Assembly: GCA_913043225.1 (NCBI GenBank)
Contig: CAJWLU010000002.1
Span: 96,001 to 160,000 of the forward strand
From: an uncultured Acidobacteriota bacterium
GTDB lineage: Bacteria; Acidobacteriota; Vicinamibacteria; Vicinamibacterales; UBA8438
Reading direction: 5' to 3'
DNA length: 64,000 nucleotides
The notes beneath the pieces are model-generated. The model searched no databases. It saw nothing but the letters and a program-made list of their open reading frames with translations, and had not been told where the DNA came from. Each line of letters opens with the position of its first letter. Position 1 is the stretch's first letter. The position numbers were made by a program, and so were the translations under genes. This document shows, piece by piece, positions 51,400-61,039 of this stretch.

Positions 51400-54354
51400 A
51401 TGCCCACCCCAGCCACCATCAGTCGCTTCGAGGTTAAGAGAGAACTCGGCCACGGCGGAATGGGGCTGTTGTACCTCGCGCTCGACCCGGTGATCGACCG
51501 CCTGGTCGCAGTGAAGTTACTTCGCGTCGATACCGAAGAAATGAGGGCTCGCTTCCTCCGGGAGGCTCGCACCGCAGGTCGCCTTCAGCACAAGAACATC
51601 GTCACTATCTATGACGTCGGTATCCACGACGATCAACCGTTCATTGCTATGGAGTACATCAAGGGCGAAACACTGTCCGAGATCTTCTCCAGGAAAGCTA
51701 CATTCTCTGTCGACCAGAAGCTCGAGTTGCTGGAACAGCTGTGTGACGGTCTTGCCTGTGCGCACGACGCAGGCCTGATTCACCGAGACATCAAGCCTGC
51801 CAACCTGATGGTTGCCGAGGGCTCTAATGAACTCAAGATTCTGGACTTCGGGATCGCGCGTTCAACCGATTTGTCGGGTTTCACTCAGACTGGAGCCATC
51901 ATCGGGACACCGAACTACATGTCCCCGGAACAAGCGCAAGGACGCCCGGTTGATTACAAGAGCGACATTTTCTCTGTAGGCGCTGTCGTATACGAGTTTC
52001 TGACCTATCGACGGGCGTTCCCTGGGCGAGGTCTTCGTGCCGTGATCGACGAGGTGCCTCGTCCAGTCGCCGAGGTTGTCCCTTCTCTTCCATCTGTTCT
52101 GGATGACATCGTTAATAGCGCTTTAACCAAATCGCCAGATGACCGATGCCAGTCGCTCAGAGTCATCGCGTCTCGACTCGCCAGTGTCCGGAAGAATCCG
52201 GGTACTCATGTGGGTTCAGCCGTCACCATACAGAGCGAGGATGCACTGGCGGCCAGTCGTATTGCTGCCGAAGACGCTACAGAATTCGAGAAGCTGTTCT
52301 TGGCCGCCAGCGAAAACTTCCGAGAGGAGAACCTCGAGAAGGCGCTCATTCTCGTCAATGAAGCCCTCGACATCACTCCCAGCAAGAAGTGCGCCTCCCT
52401 GAAGGCGCAGATTCTTGACGTTCTTGATGCTCGCGACAAGGAACGTGGTCGGCGTGGCTCTATTCATCGTGGCCTGCAAGCCGGGCGAGACCATCTCCGC
52501 AAGGGTGCTGTCGAAGCTGCCCTGAGAGCCGCCGATGAGGTTCTGGCTTACGACGAAGACAACCGAGACGCCCTCAAACTTAAAGAGGACGCACAGCGCC
52601 TCTCCAGCGAGAAGGACGCCGCTAAGCAGGACACCACCGTCGTCGCACTTGATGACCTGTCGGGCCGGACAGTCGACGTACGTCAAGCACCGACCGCTCG
52701 CAAGAGACCCATGCGCTCGTGGGTTGCCGCGTCGGCTATTGGAGCGGTCGTTCTTGTAGTGTTTGTGCTTCAGTTCAATGCTTCTCGTACGGAGGAGCAA
52801 CGGATTCAGGAAGCCCTGACTCTGTATTCTTCTGGGCAGCGTGATGAGGCGTTATCTCTGCTGGAGGACTTGCCATCGCCGAGCGAGGCGGAAGCCGAAG
52901 CACTCGACACACTAAGGTCGCGTTTGGTGAGCGAGGCCGCCGATTTCGTTGAGCAAGCTACAGTTCTCGTAGGTCAGGGCTTACCCGAAGCGGCGCTTGA
53001 ACTGCTGCGGTCGTTTTCTCCGCCTGACGAAGGTGTCACGGCGCTGCTCAGAGAGATCGAGGCGGCTGGCTCGGGCGATTCACTCGAATTGATCGGTCAG
53101 GCTCAAGACCTCTACGGGCAGGGTTTGCGACAAGACGCTTTCGATCTGCTCGCCACCGGCGACGCGAGTGCTTCAGCCGTTCAGGAGACCCTGGCGGAAT
53201 TGACGGCGCGGTGGGAAGACGACAGTAGGACGCTAACGCAAGAAGCACGATCTGCGGCAGACGAAGGCAATCTCGAAGAAGCCATTGCTCTGCTCGAGTC
53301 ATTCTCCCCGTCAGACGACACCATTAGAGCTGCTCTCGAGGACTTCCGAGGACGACTTGGAACAATCGAAGCGGCGAGGGCAGCGAGTGAGCGAAGTAAT
53401 CAATTGTTCGTCGCCGGACAACGTGTCGAGGCACTACGAATACTCGACGAGTTTTCTCCTGCGACTGAGCTGATCTCCGAAGAACGACGCCGATTACAGG
53501 ACGCACTCGTTAGCTTAGCGACCGCCAGGATTGACGAGGCGCGTCAACTGGCAGTTCGTGGCAGTTTGGACGAAGCCGTGACCTTACTTGGACGGTTCGA
53601 GCCACGAACCGAGGCAGTTGCAGAGGCCCTGAGCGAGCTCAGCAGTGAACTGAACAGACAGGTCCTTGCCGCGGCCACCGTTGCTGATGCTCAACAGCTG
53701 GCCGCTGAAGGCAATTGGGATCAGGCGTTTGCGCGGTTTGAAGAGGTCGAGAGGAGCCAATCTACAGAGGCCGCTCTCGATTCGCTTCGCCGGGAGTGGA
53801 ACCTGGAAGCGACCGCCGTCGCTGCGGATGCTCAGGCACTGGCCGATTCAGGTGACTTGGCTGGTGCACTCCGGACATTGGCTCAGTTCAGGGGAGGGCA
53901 CCCGGCGATAACTGTAGCCGAGAACCGACTAGCGGCACTGGTGAATGCTCCCGCGCCGGAAGCTGTCGAGGCCGCACCAGCAGCCAGTGATCCGACCTTG
54001 AATCTCGAAGCGCGTCTGTTGGCGCTATCGGACCAATCCGAGGACATCGTCTCTCGTTTCATCGAGCTATATGAAGACCTTGACGCCGAGGGTATGACAA
54101 GCGTCTGGCGGACGGCTACCGAGAGCGACTTGGCGCCCCTGGCTGAGACTTTCAGAAACTTCAGGTCGGCAGAGATCCAGTATCGTGACTGCGATCCTGA
54201 ACTACGCAACGACACGAGTGCGGTTGTCTATTGCTCTGTAGCGGTTGAATACCAGCCGGTTGCCGGAGCTAGGCTACAGGTGCCGGCCGTCGGCTGGCAG
54301 TTTGAGTTGCGGTGGGAGAATGAAGAGTGGCGACTCGTCAACTGGAGCCGTTGA
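51400..54354 (+). CDS. Transmembrane Hanks-type Ser/Thr kinase with extracytoplasmic helical repeats
   Basis: GHGGMG, VAVK, HRDIKPAN, DFG, GTPNYMSPE; TM segment about aa 442-460; eight repeats; C-terminal NTF2/SnoaL-like segment. Confidence 0.92.
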   Translation: MPTPATISRFEVKRELGHGGMGLLYLALDPVIDRLVAVKLLRVDTEEMRARFLREARTAGRLQHKNIVTIYDVGIHDDQPFIAMEYIKGETLSEIFSRKATFSVDQKLELLEQLCDGLACAHDAGLIHRDIKPANLMVAEGSNELKILDFGIARSTDLSGFTQTGAIIGTPNYMSPEQAQGRPVDYKSDIFSVGAVVYEFLTYRRAFPGRGLRAVIDEVPRPVAEVVPSLPSVLDDIVNSALTKSPDDRCQSLRVIASRLASVRKNPGTHVGSAVTIQSEDALAASRIAAEDATEFEKLFLAASENFREENLEKALILVNEALDITPSKKCASLKAQILDVLDARDKERGRRGSIHRGLQAGRDHLRKGAVEAALRAADEVLAYDEDNRDALKLKEDAQRLSSEKDAAKQDTTVVALDDLSGRTVDVRQAPTARKRPMRSWVAASAIGAVVLVVFVLQFNASRTEEQRIQEALTLYSSGQRDEALSLLEDLPSPSEAEAEALDTLRSRLVSEAADFVEQATVLVGQGLPEAALELLRSFSPPDEGVTALLREIEAAGSGDSLELIGQAQDLYGQGLRQDAFDLLATGDASASAVQETLAELTARWEDDSRTLTQEARSAADEGNLEEAIALLESFSPSDDTIRAALEDFRGRLGTIEAARAASERSNQLFVAGQRVEALRILDEFSPATELISEERRRLQDALVSLATARIDEARQLAVRGSLDEAVTLLGRFEPRTEAVAEALSELSSELNRQVLAAATVADAQQLAAEGNWDQAFARFEEVERSQSTEAALDSLRREWNLEATAVAADAQALADSGDLAGALRTLAQFRGGHPAITVAENRLAALVNAPAPEAVEAAPAASDPTLNLEARLLALSDQSEDIVSRFIELYEDLDAEGMTSVWRTATESDLAPLAETFRNFRSAEIQYRDCDPELRNDTSAVVYCSVAVEYQPVAGARLQVPAVGWQFELRWENEEWRLVNWSR

Positions 54355-54390
54355 TGCTTGTCAACCCTGCATAGTGAGAGACCGTCTCAC

Positions 54391-55623
54391 TTAGAGGGTC
54401 CAGTTGAAGCCAACGAGAGGCGTCAGCGTGTCCTTCAGACCAGTGTCAGCTTGTGCCATCCTGAGGCCAAACGACACAATCCTGTTACCACCGATGTTCC
54501 ATTTGATGCCAGGCACAAAAACTATCTTTCGCAAGCGCCCAGACGTCACCTGAAGTAGGTTGACGCCATCGATGCCAAGTTCCGGAGACAATTCCGTGTC
54601 AAATGACACCGAATTCAGTCGGCCGGCATTGCGAACATGGCGGCCCATCGTCTCAACCATAACGGTGAACGTTGGGTGAAGCTCAAATTCAACAGCTGCG
54701 CCGTAGTGTACTTGGTCAGACAGACCCCAGATTTGATCTGTGGGGCCGGGCTGATTATTGGAGAGCGCAACGCTCTTGTCCCAAAATTCATAGCCCCCGT
54801 TAGCGTGAATGGCGAGCCTCCCAATTGAGGTGGAAGCAATGGCTCCAACCATTGTCCGCCAAACACCGAGGCCGAGTAGATTGTCTTGATCGCCAGTAGG
54901 AAGGCGGAGGCTGAACATTGCCGCAAGACTCGTTTGCTTACTGGTGCTTGACCAAAATCTGTACTTGCCCAGCACTGCAGTATCGCCAAAGCCTGTTGAT
55001 GAACCGTTCGCTAGCAAGATGGCAGAACCGATGCCAGGTTCAACCTGGGTCATTGCAGCGTCGATGCTAAGGCGAACTAGTGGTACCCCGATGGCCAAGT
55101 CGAGGTTGTCGGTGACGCCCATGCTGGCGAATAAGGCCGCAGTTTGAGAGCGAATCCGCAAGTTGAGGGTAGATGAGGAAATGAAAGGTTGCGGACCCCT
55201 GAATGTTGCGACGCGAAGATTGTTGAGAGGGAGACCAGACAACGTGTCATAAGTCGCATCGAAGACGTTCAGGCCAAAGCTCGTTGTACCGCGACCCGTA
55301 GTTAAGGCTCTTTCGATGAACTGTGGGCCAAAGGTGCCCGAGCGACGTAGAGGAGCCCCCACGCCTTCGTCGTACGCGTAGACAAATCCCCCTGAAGGAG
55401 AACCTAGCGGTGCAGTAGCGACCTCAAGACCAGTCAGGACAGAGATGACGTCACCGATGGCTGGATTTCCAGAGGGAACCGTAACCTCACTTACAACTTG
55501 ACTAAGTGAATCAGTATCAAGAGGTCCGAGCACGGTGTTTTGTTGCCCGTGAACGAGCAAAGGGAAAGCAACTAGTGCTGCAATGAATGACAGCAAAGCA
55601 CGTGCTGAAGGATGTGTCCGCAT
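54391..55623 (-). CDS. Secreted protein, probable outer-membrane beta-barrel
   Basis: Signal peptide; GFGD...KYRF, LRLPTGD; alternating hydrophobic strands; ends VGFNWTL. Confidence 0.65.
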   Translation of the reverse strand: MRTHPSARALLSFIAALVAFPLLVHGQQNTVLGPLDTDSLSQVVSEVTVPSGNPAIGDVISVLTGLEVATAPLGSPSGGFVYAYDEGVGAPLRRSGTFGPQFIERALTTGRGTTSFGLNVFDATYDTLSGLPLNNLRVATFRGPQPFISSSTLNLRIRSQTAALFASMGVTDNLDLAIGVPLVRLSIDAAMTQVEPGIGSAILLANGSSTGFGDTAVLGKYRFWSSTSKQTSLAAMFSLRLPTGDQDNLLGLGVWRTMVGAIASTSIGRLAIHANGGYEFWDKSVALSNNQPGPTDQIWGLSDQVHYGAAVEFELHPTFTVMVETMGRHVRNAGRLNSVSFDTELSPELGIDGVNLLQVTSGRLRKIVFVPGIKWNIGGNRIVSFGLRMAQADTGLKDTLTPLVGFNWTL

Positions 55624-55624
55624 C

Positions 55625-57241
55625 TTACTCTCCGGTTGGCCTGAATTCAGCAGTGCAGGAACGAGATGTAGTCATTTCAATGGTAGCTTTGGAGCCCCGT
55701 CCCGCGTTGCTGCAGTCTCCTGTCCACCCGAACAAGAATGAAGCGCTGTCCTCTGGCACCGCCTCCAGTATGACTGTCGTGCCGTCGGCGTATGATTCGC
55801 TGCAATCGGAGGGGCAGTCGATTCCTGAGTCGGTGGTGGAACGTACTGTTCCAGAGCCTGAGCCAGTGATGTCGACAGTCAGCGCAAACTGCGTCAAATC
55901 AAATACCGCGGTGCAGCTACGCGCTTGGCTCATGGTGACAGTGGCTGTGTCCCCGCTAGCAGTGCAGTCTCCGGTCCAGCCAGTAAACGTGGACGCATTC
56001 GCTGGGTCAGCGACAAGGGTTACAGTGGTGCCGGCCGAGTAATCCTGGCTGCAGGTCGAAGAACAGCTGGTCGTATTCTGGCCGTCGGCCAACGTTACGG
56101 TCCCGGATCCAGATCCAGCTATGGTCAGACTGAGCGTAACGTCGGCTTCGTCGAAGGTCGCGGTGCAACTGCGCGCCGCGCTCATGGTGACGGTGGCTGT
56201 GTCCCCGCTAGCAGTGCAGTCCCCGGTCCAGCCAGTAAACGTGGATGCATTCGCTGGGTCAGCGACCAGGGTTACCGTGGTGCCGACCGAGTAATCCTGA
56301 CTGCAGGTCGAAGAACAGCTCGTTGTATTGCTGCCATCATCCAACGTTACCGATCCGGTCCCGGAGCCAGCGATTTCGAGACTGAGCGTAACGTCGGCGT
56401 CGAACCGCGCCGTGCAGCTCCGCGCGGCTCCCAGCGTTACGGTGGTGGTTGACGCGCCACCATCGCAATCACCGCTCCAGCCGGTAAAGACCGAGCCGTT
56501 GGTGGCCGTGGCCGTCAGTGTGACCTCGGTCTCGTCGCGGTAATACTGACCACAGTCGGTCTCAAGTCCAGCAGAGCAGTCAATGCCCTCAGGGCTTGAA
56601 GTGACGACACCGGTTCCTTCACCCGTTACGCTAACAGTGAACTCGAAGAACTCCGCCGCTGGTCCGTCTAGCCGGTCACCCACTGAGGTGCTGGTCAAAG
56701 CAACCGCAGTGAATTCCAGTTGCGTGCCGGGACACCGTGCGCGAAATGCCCCAGCCGTCCAATTCAGGCCTGAAACCGCGATGCGGCCGGAGAACTCCCG
56801 GCTCGCCTCACAGCCACCGCGAGTTTCAGTGATCACGCCATCGAAATATCCGGACCGACCGCCAGTTAGAGTTCCTCTGATCCGACCACTTCTGGGGGGA
56901 CTCGTGCGAAGCTCCCAGCTTCCATCGACCGTACTGGATTCCTGAGCAAAAAGAGTGGCCACGAATTGAGGCCGTTTACTGGACGCCTCCAAGCTCAGGC
57001 CACGGATGACCAGAGTAAGGTCCATCAACACGGGGGGGGGGAGAACAACTTCACCAGAAAATTGACGCTGCAGGTCTTCCGGCAGGGCAGATGTAGGTAC
57101 GTCCGTTGGCCCAAAGGGAGCACCTCCGCAGGCAAACACGCCGAGACCAAGAACCGTTCCCACGACGAGAACGACGGTGGAGATAGTCGAGTGAAGAGAG
57201 CGGCGTTTGCCACGATCGGACCGTCGGCCGATGAGTGTCAT
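55625..57241 (-). CDS. Lipoprotein with four InlB-B/Flg_new-like beta repeats
   Basis: Lipobox VFAC; four G.G.G.V...C...C...Y..GT.VTL.A.....F.GW.GDC...M...RSCTA.F units. Confidence 0.85.
   Translation of the reverse strand: MTLIGRRSDRGKRRSLHSTISTVVLVVGTVLGLGVFACGGAPFGPTDVPTSALPEDLQRQFSGEVVLPPPVLMDLTLVIRGLSLEASSKRPQFVATLFAQESSTVDGSWELRTSPPRSGRIRGTLTGGRSGYFDGVITETRGGCEASREFSGRIAVSGLNWTAGAFRARCPGTQLEFTAVALTSTSVGDRLDGPAAEFFEFTVSVTGEGTGVVTSSPEGIDCSAGLETDCGQYYRDETEVTLTATATNGSVFTGWSGDCDGGASTTTVTLGAARSCTARFDADVTLSLEIAGSGTGSVTLDDGSNTTSCSSTCSQDYSVGTTVTLVADPANASTFTGWTGDCTASGDTATVTMSAARSCTATFDEADVTLSLTIAGSGSGTVTLADGQNTTSCSSTCSQDYSAGTTVTLVADPANASTFTGWTGDCTASGDTATVTMSQARSCTAVFDLTQFALTVDITGSGSGTVRSTTDSGIDCPSDCSESYADGTTVILEAVPEDSASFLFGWTGDCSNAGRGSKATIEMTTSRSCTAEFRPTGE
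55907..56398. repeat. Tandem intragenic duplication, period 252 bp
   Basis: GACTGAGCGTAACGTCGGC at 56128 and 56380; long near-identical stretches between the copies. Confidence 0.9.
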
Positions 57242-57503
57242 CTAACCAAATACTCCACGTCGCTCTGCCGCATCGCACCGCCACAAGGGTTGGCAGATAC
57301 CGACTGGAAGCACCCCGGTTTGGTTAAATCAATCTTGAGCAACGGGTGGCATTGTATGCTCGATCGCATACGGCAATGGTCGACCCGAGAGCAATCTATC
57401 TAGATCGTGCTTCGAGCCCAGTCCTTCCCAGCACACGCCCCGTCCTAAAGTCTACGGGCTTCCGTCTCTCGCCTCGGCTTCGAACGCCAGAAGGAGCGTC
57501 CAC

Positions 57504-58085
57504 TCAGTGGCTGGCGCGCGCTAAGGGTAAGTGCCGGAAGCAACTGGCGACATGGTCGTTGACCATTCCGGTGGCCTGCATGAACGCGTAGCAGATGGTG
57601 GGGCCAACGAAACGGAAGCCGCGCTGCTTGAGGTCCTTGCTCATCGCCTGTGACTGCACGGTTTCCGTTGGCACCTGCGTCAGGTCCGTCCACTGATTCT
57701 GCTTCGTCCGGCGGTTGACGAACTGCCAGATGTAGTGATCGAAGCTGCCATGCTCTGCCTGCACGTCGAGGAATGCCCTGGCGTTGTCGACGGCGGCGCC
57801 AATTTTGAGGCGGTTCCGGATGATGCTTTCGTCCTGCATCAGGCGTGTCTGATGCGATCTGTCGAAGCGGGCTACCTTGGCCGGATCGAAGCTGGCGAAT
57901 GCCCTGCGGTAGCCTTCGCGCTTGCGCAGGATCGTAATCCAAGCCAGGCCGGCCTGGGCGCCCTCGAGCAGCAGGAACTCGAAGAACCGCTGGTCGTCGT
58001 GGAGCGGAACGCCCCATTCCTCGTCGTGATACGCCTGGTAGAGCGGGTCGTCGCTGGCCCAAGCGCAGCGGGTTGGTGCCTTCAC
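57504..58085 (-). CDS. tag: DNA-3-methyladenine glycosylase I
   Basis: RCAW, YHDEEWG, LEGAQAGL.W, IIRNRLKI, GMVNDH...C. Confidence 0.96.
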   Translation of the reverse strand: MKAPTRCAWASDDPLYQAYHDEEWGVPLHDDQRFFEFLLLEGAQAGLAWITILRKREGYRRAFASFDPAKVARFDRSHQTRLMQDESIIRNRLKIGAAVDNARAFLDVQAEHGSFDHYIWQFVNRRTKQNQWTDLTQVPTETVQSQAMSKDLKQRGFRFVGPTICYAFMQATGMVNDHVASCFRHLPLARASH

Positions 58086-58876
58086 TGGTTCATCCGCTGC
58101 CTGGCCTGTTCCACCTCGCGATGGAATGAGAACAGCGCGTCGGCGGTGTCCTGGTCGTCGGTGAAGTTGTAGGTCCGCCCATCCCGCTCCTTGATGGTCA
58201 GCGTGTGCTCCAGATAGTCGAGCTCGTGGATCTCGATGGCGTCAAATGACAGCGAGAATGCGTCGTCGTCGTCCGTTTCGTACCGGATGCCGTCGAGGTC
58301 GGCGTGCAGGGTCCCTTTGCAGTCGCCGAACCGATGTTTATGGGTGACCGGCACCGACATGTCGAGACGGACTTCCCGGAACCGGATGTCGAGCGAGACT
58401 AAGTCGTGGCCGATGTCGACCGTTTCGACGAACCCTTCGTATCCCTCGGCCGACACGTTTACACGATGGGGTCCGGGACGGAGGTCGGCCGTTTCGAAGG
58501 GCGTGGTACCTAGATACTTACGGTCGACGAACACCGACGCGCCAGGGATATCACTCACTACCCGGAGCATGGGTGGGAGCGCGACGCCGGGAACCTCGAC
58601 CTCTGTAACAATTTCCTCTGGTTCCGGTTCTGGCTCAGGGGTGGGGTCGGGCTCCGGGATCGCCTCCGCCGGTTCGCCGGCTGGCTCTGGTTCTGGCGTG
58701 GCCGCCGGCGCTGATGGGCTCGCCTGACGGGGTACGGCTGGTTCCTCCTCTGCCGGCATCGTCAGGTAGACAGCGGCCACGCAGCCGATGACGAGCAGGC
58801 CGATGAGAACGTAGCGTCCGGCGTAGGAGTCCTTGTCTTCCGGCTCCGGCTCCGTCTGGTGCTCTAAAAGTGACAT
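58082..58876 (-). CDS. PEGA-domain membrane protein
   Basis: TM anchor, Pro/Glu linker, SDIPGASVFVD..YLGTTP, HKHRFGDCKG. Confidence 0.85.
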   Translation of the reverse strand: MSLLEHQTEPEPEDKDSYAGRYVLIGLLVIGCVAAVYLTMPAEEEPAVPRQASPSAPAATPEPEPAGEPAEAIPEPDPTPEPEPEPEEIVTEVEVPGVALPPMLRVVSDIPGASVFVDRKYLGTTPFETADLRPGPHRVNVSAEGYEGFVETVDIGHDLVSLDIRFREVRLDMSVPVTHKHRFGDCKGTLHADLDGIRYETDDDDAFSLSFDAIEIHELDYLEHTLTIKERDGRTYNFTDDQDTADALFSFHREVEQARQRMNQ

Positions 58877-58910
58877 CCTTATGATTCTACGGGAGACAGG
58901 AGCACTGGGA

Positions 58911-60023
58911 ATGAAACACCGCTTATGGCGGCTACTGCTTGGATTGCTCTGCGCGACGCCGACGGCAGCGCAGGAGCCCTTTGTCGCCACCTTGCCTGTC
59001 GAGGAGATGCGTGAGAAGCAGCTCGTTGTCGAGACAACAGAGGGCACGGTGGTGATCGATCTGCTGGCCGATGCGGCGCCCAATCATGTGGGCCTGATCA
59101 TGCAGCAGGCGACCGAAGGGGTGTTCGACGGGACGAGCTTCCATCGTATGGTGCTGCGCGGCATCGTCCAGGGAGGCGACCCCAACACCAAGGACGCGTC
59201 GGCTCCAGACCAGTACGGACGCGGGGGACTGGGACTGGTGGCGGCCGAGCCGAGCGGCGAGACGCACAGCGCTGGCACCGTCTCGGCCATTACGGTGGCC
59301 GGGGATCCGGACAGCGGCGGCACGCAGTTCCTGATCTGTGTGGTCGATCAGCCTGGGCTCGACGGCCAGTACACGATCTGGGGTCGGGTGGTCGCAGGGC
59401 TTCCGGTGATCGCGCGCATTTCGGAAACACCGGTCGATGCGAACGGCAATGCGACTGAGCGAGTGGAGATCCTGAGTGCCACCGTCCGTGACTGGGCACC
59501 CGCGCCCCCGCCATCCTTTACGACCGACTCGGTTGAAGAGTTGGCTGGCTATCAGGCGGTACTCGAGACCGACGCCGGGCCGGTCACGATCGAGTTCTTT
59601 CCGGATCGGGCGCCGGAACACGTCCGAAATTTCCTAAGGCTTGCCGATACCGGCTTTTACGACGGCATGGCGTTTCACCGGGTTGTGCCAGGCTTCGTCA
59701 TCCAGACCGGGTTTCCGCCGACGCGTTCGACGCCCCTCAGTGAGGAGCAGCGAATGTTGATCCAGAACATTTCTCTGGAGGTGAGCGACACGCGGCACGT
59801 CAAAGGCATCGTGTCGATGGCGCGTGGCGATGACCCGGATAGCGCGCAGACGTCGTTCTTTATCGTGACCGACACCTCGCCCGAGCTCGACGGCGTGTAC
59901 TCGGCCTTCGGTCGCGTGGTCTCAGGGATTGAGGCGGTCGAACAGATCGAGCAATCGCCCACCAATGGCGAGGAGCCGGTGACCCGGGTCGAGCTGCGGG
60001 CGGTGCGGCTGGTTGCTCCCTGA
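58911..60023 (+). CDS. Secreted peptidyl-prolyl isomerase with two cyclophilin domains
   Basis: FHRMV..GIVQGGDP and FHRVVPGFVIQTG, SMAR, LDG.Y..FGRV. Confidence 0.92.
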   Translation: MKHRLWRLLLGLLCATPTAAQEPFVATLPVEEMREKQLVVETTEGTVVIDLLADAAPNHVGLIMQQATEGVFDGTSFHRMVLRGIVQGGDPNTKDASAPDQYGRGGLGLVAAEPSGETHSAGTVSAITVAGDPDSGGTQFLICVVDQPGLDGQYTIWGRVVAGLPVIARISETPVDANGNATERVEILSATVRDWAPAPPPSFTTDSVEELAGYQAVLETDAGPVTIEFFPDRAPEHVRNFLRLADTGFYDGMAFHRVVPGFVIQTGFPPTRSTPLSEEQRMLIQNISLEVSDTRHVKGIVSMARGDDPDSAQTSFFIVTDTSPELDGVYSAFGRVVSGIEAVEQIEQSPTNGEEPVTRVELRAVRLVAP

Positions 60024-60034
60024 ACCGCCGACCG

Positions 60035-61039
60035 CTACTGCGTTAGCAGATGCTTTGCGATGCTAGCGTAGTGGCCGGGGGCGGCGCGCAGTTCGTCGAT
60101 CGGCACGTGCTCTTCGGAGGTGTGGGCCACCAGGATCGAGCCTGGACCGAAGAGCAGGGGTTGTCCCCAGGCGGTCAGGAATGGGATATCGGTCGTGAAC
60201 GCGCAGACCGTCGTGTCAAAGCCCGGCACGGTGGTCAGCTCGACGGCCGGCACTTCGACGATGTCTTTCAGTTCCACCCACTGACCGAGCGGCTCGATCG
60301 CCGCGCGCACTTCCTCCCGGGGACCGACGATCCGGAAGGTGGCCTCGGCACTGGCGTGAGGAGGCACGACGTTGGGGGCAACGCCGCCGTCGATCAGCGC
60401 AATCGTGCAGGTGGTTGGCCCCAGTGTGGGGTGAGATGGGAGCGGTATCGCTCTGAGCGCCATCAAGGCGTCGACCAGCTTGTCGATCGCCGACTCGCCC
60501 TGCTCAGGATATGCCGAGTGAGCCGCCTTTCCGGCAGCCTGCAACTTAACCCGATAGGCGCCCTTGGTGGCCAGGGCTAGGCGGCTGTCGGTGGGTTCCC
60601 CGTTGACCAGGAAGCGGCTGCCGCGCGAGGTCAGGTTGGCCGCCCGCGCTCCGTGGCTGCCCCGTTCTTCCCCGACAACAAACAGCGCGCCGACGCGGGA
60701 TTCTCCAGCCTCACGTAGCTGTTCAAGTGCGCCCACCTGGGCCGCCGCGATACCCTTGGCGTCACAGGACCCGCGGCCATACAGCCGGTTTGCCTCGATC
60801 CGGCTCGGAAAGTACGGGGGCACACAGTCGAGGTGCGTCGACAAGACTACATCAGGGTCGGTGTCGCCGACCGTAATGTAGAGATTGAGGCGGTTGCCTT
60901 CGACCAGTTGCTCGTCTACCGCGAAGCCACGCTCTCGCAGCCAGCCGGCGAGCCAGCGGGCCACCTGACCTTCGTTGCCGCTGGTCGACTCAATGTCGAC
61001 CAGGGCTTGGGTAAGCTCGACCACATCGATGTTGCTCAC
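60035..61039 (-). CDS. M20 family metallohydrolase (DapE/ArgE-like)
   Basis: THLD, GRGSCDAKG, GEE, NGEPT, AHS, AHT; GTGA coupling to dapD. Confidence 0.88.
   Translation of the reverse strand: MSNIDVVELTQALVDIESTSGNEGQVARWLAGWLRERGFAVDEQLVEGNRLNLYITVGDTDPDVVLSTHLDCVPPYFPSRIEANRLYGRGSCDAKGIAAAQVGALEQLREAGESRVGALFVVGEERGSHGARAANLTSRGSRFLVNGEPTDSRLALATKGAYRVKLQAAGKAAHSAYPEQGESAIDKLVDALMALRAIPLPSHPTLGPTTCTIALIDGGVAPNVVPPHASAEATFRIVGPREEVRAAIEPLGQWVELKDIVEVPAVELTTVPGFDTTVCAFTTDIPFLTAWGQPLLFGPGSILVAHTSEEHVPIDELRAAPGHYASIAKHLLTQ

Noticed and set aside
57242..57503. Possible ncRNA or small ORF between the lipoprotein gene and tag
   Set aside because: No recognisable structure or protein motif; probably promoter plus islet boundary
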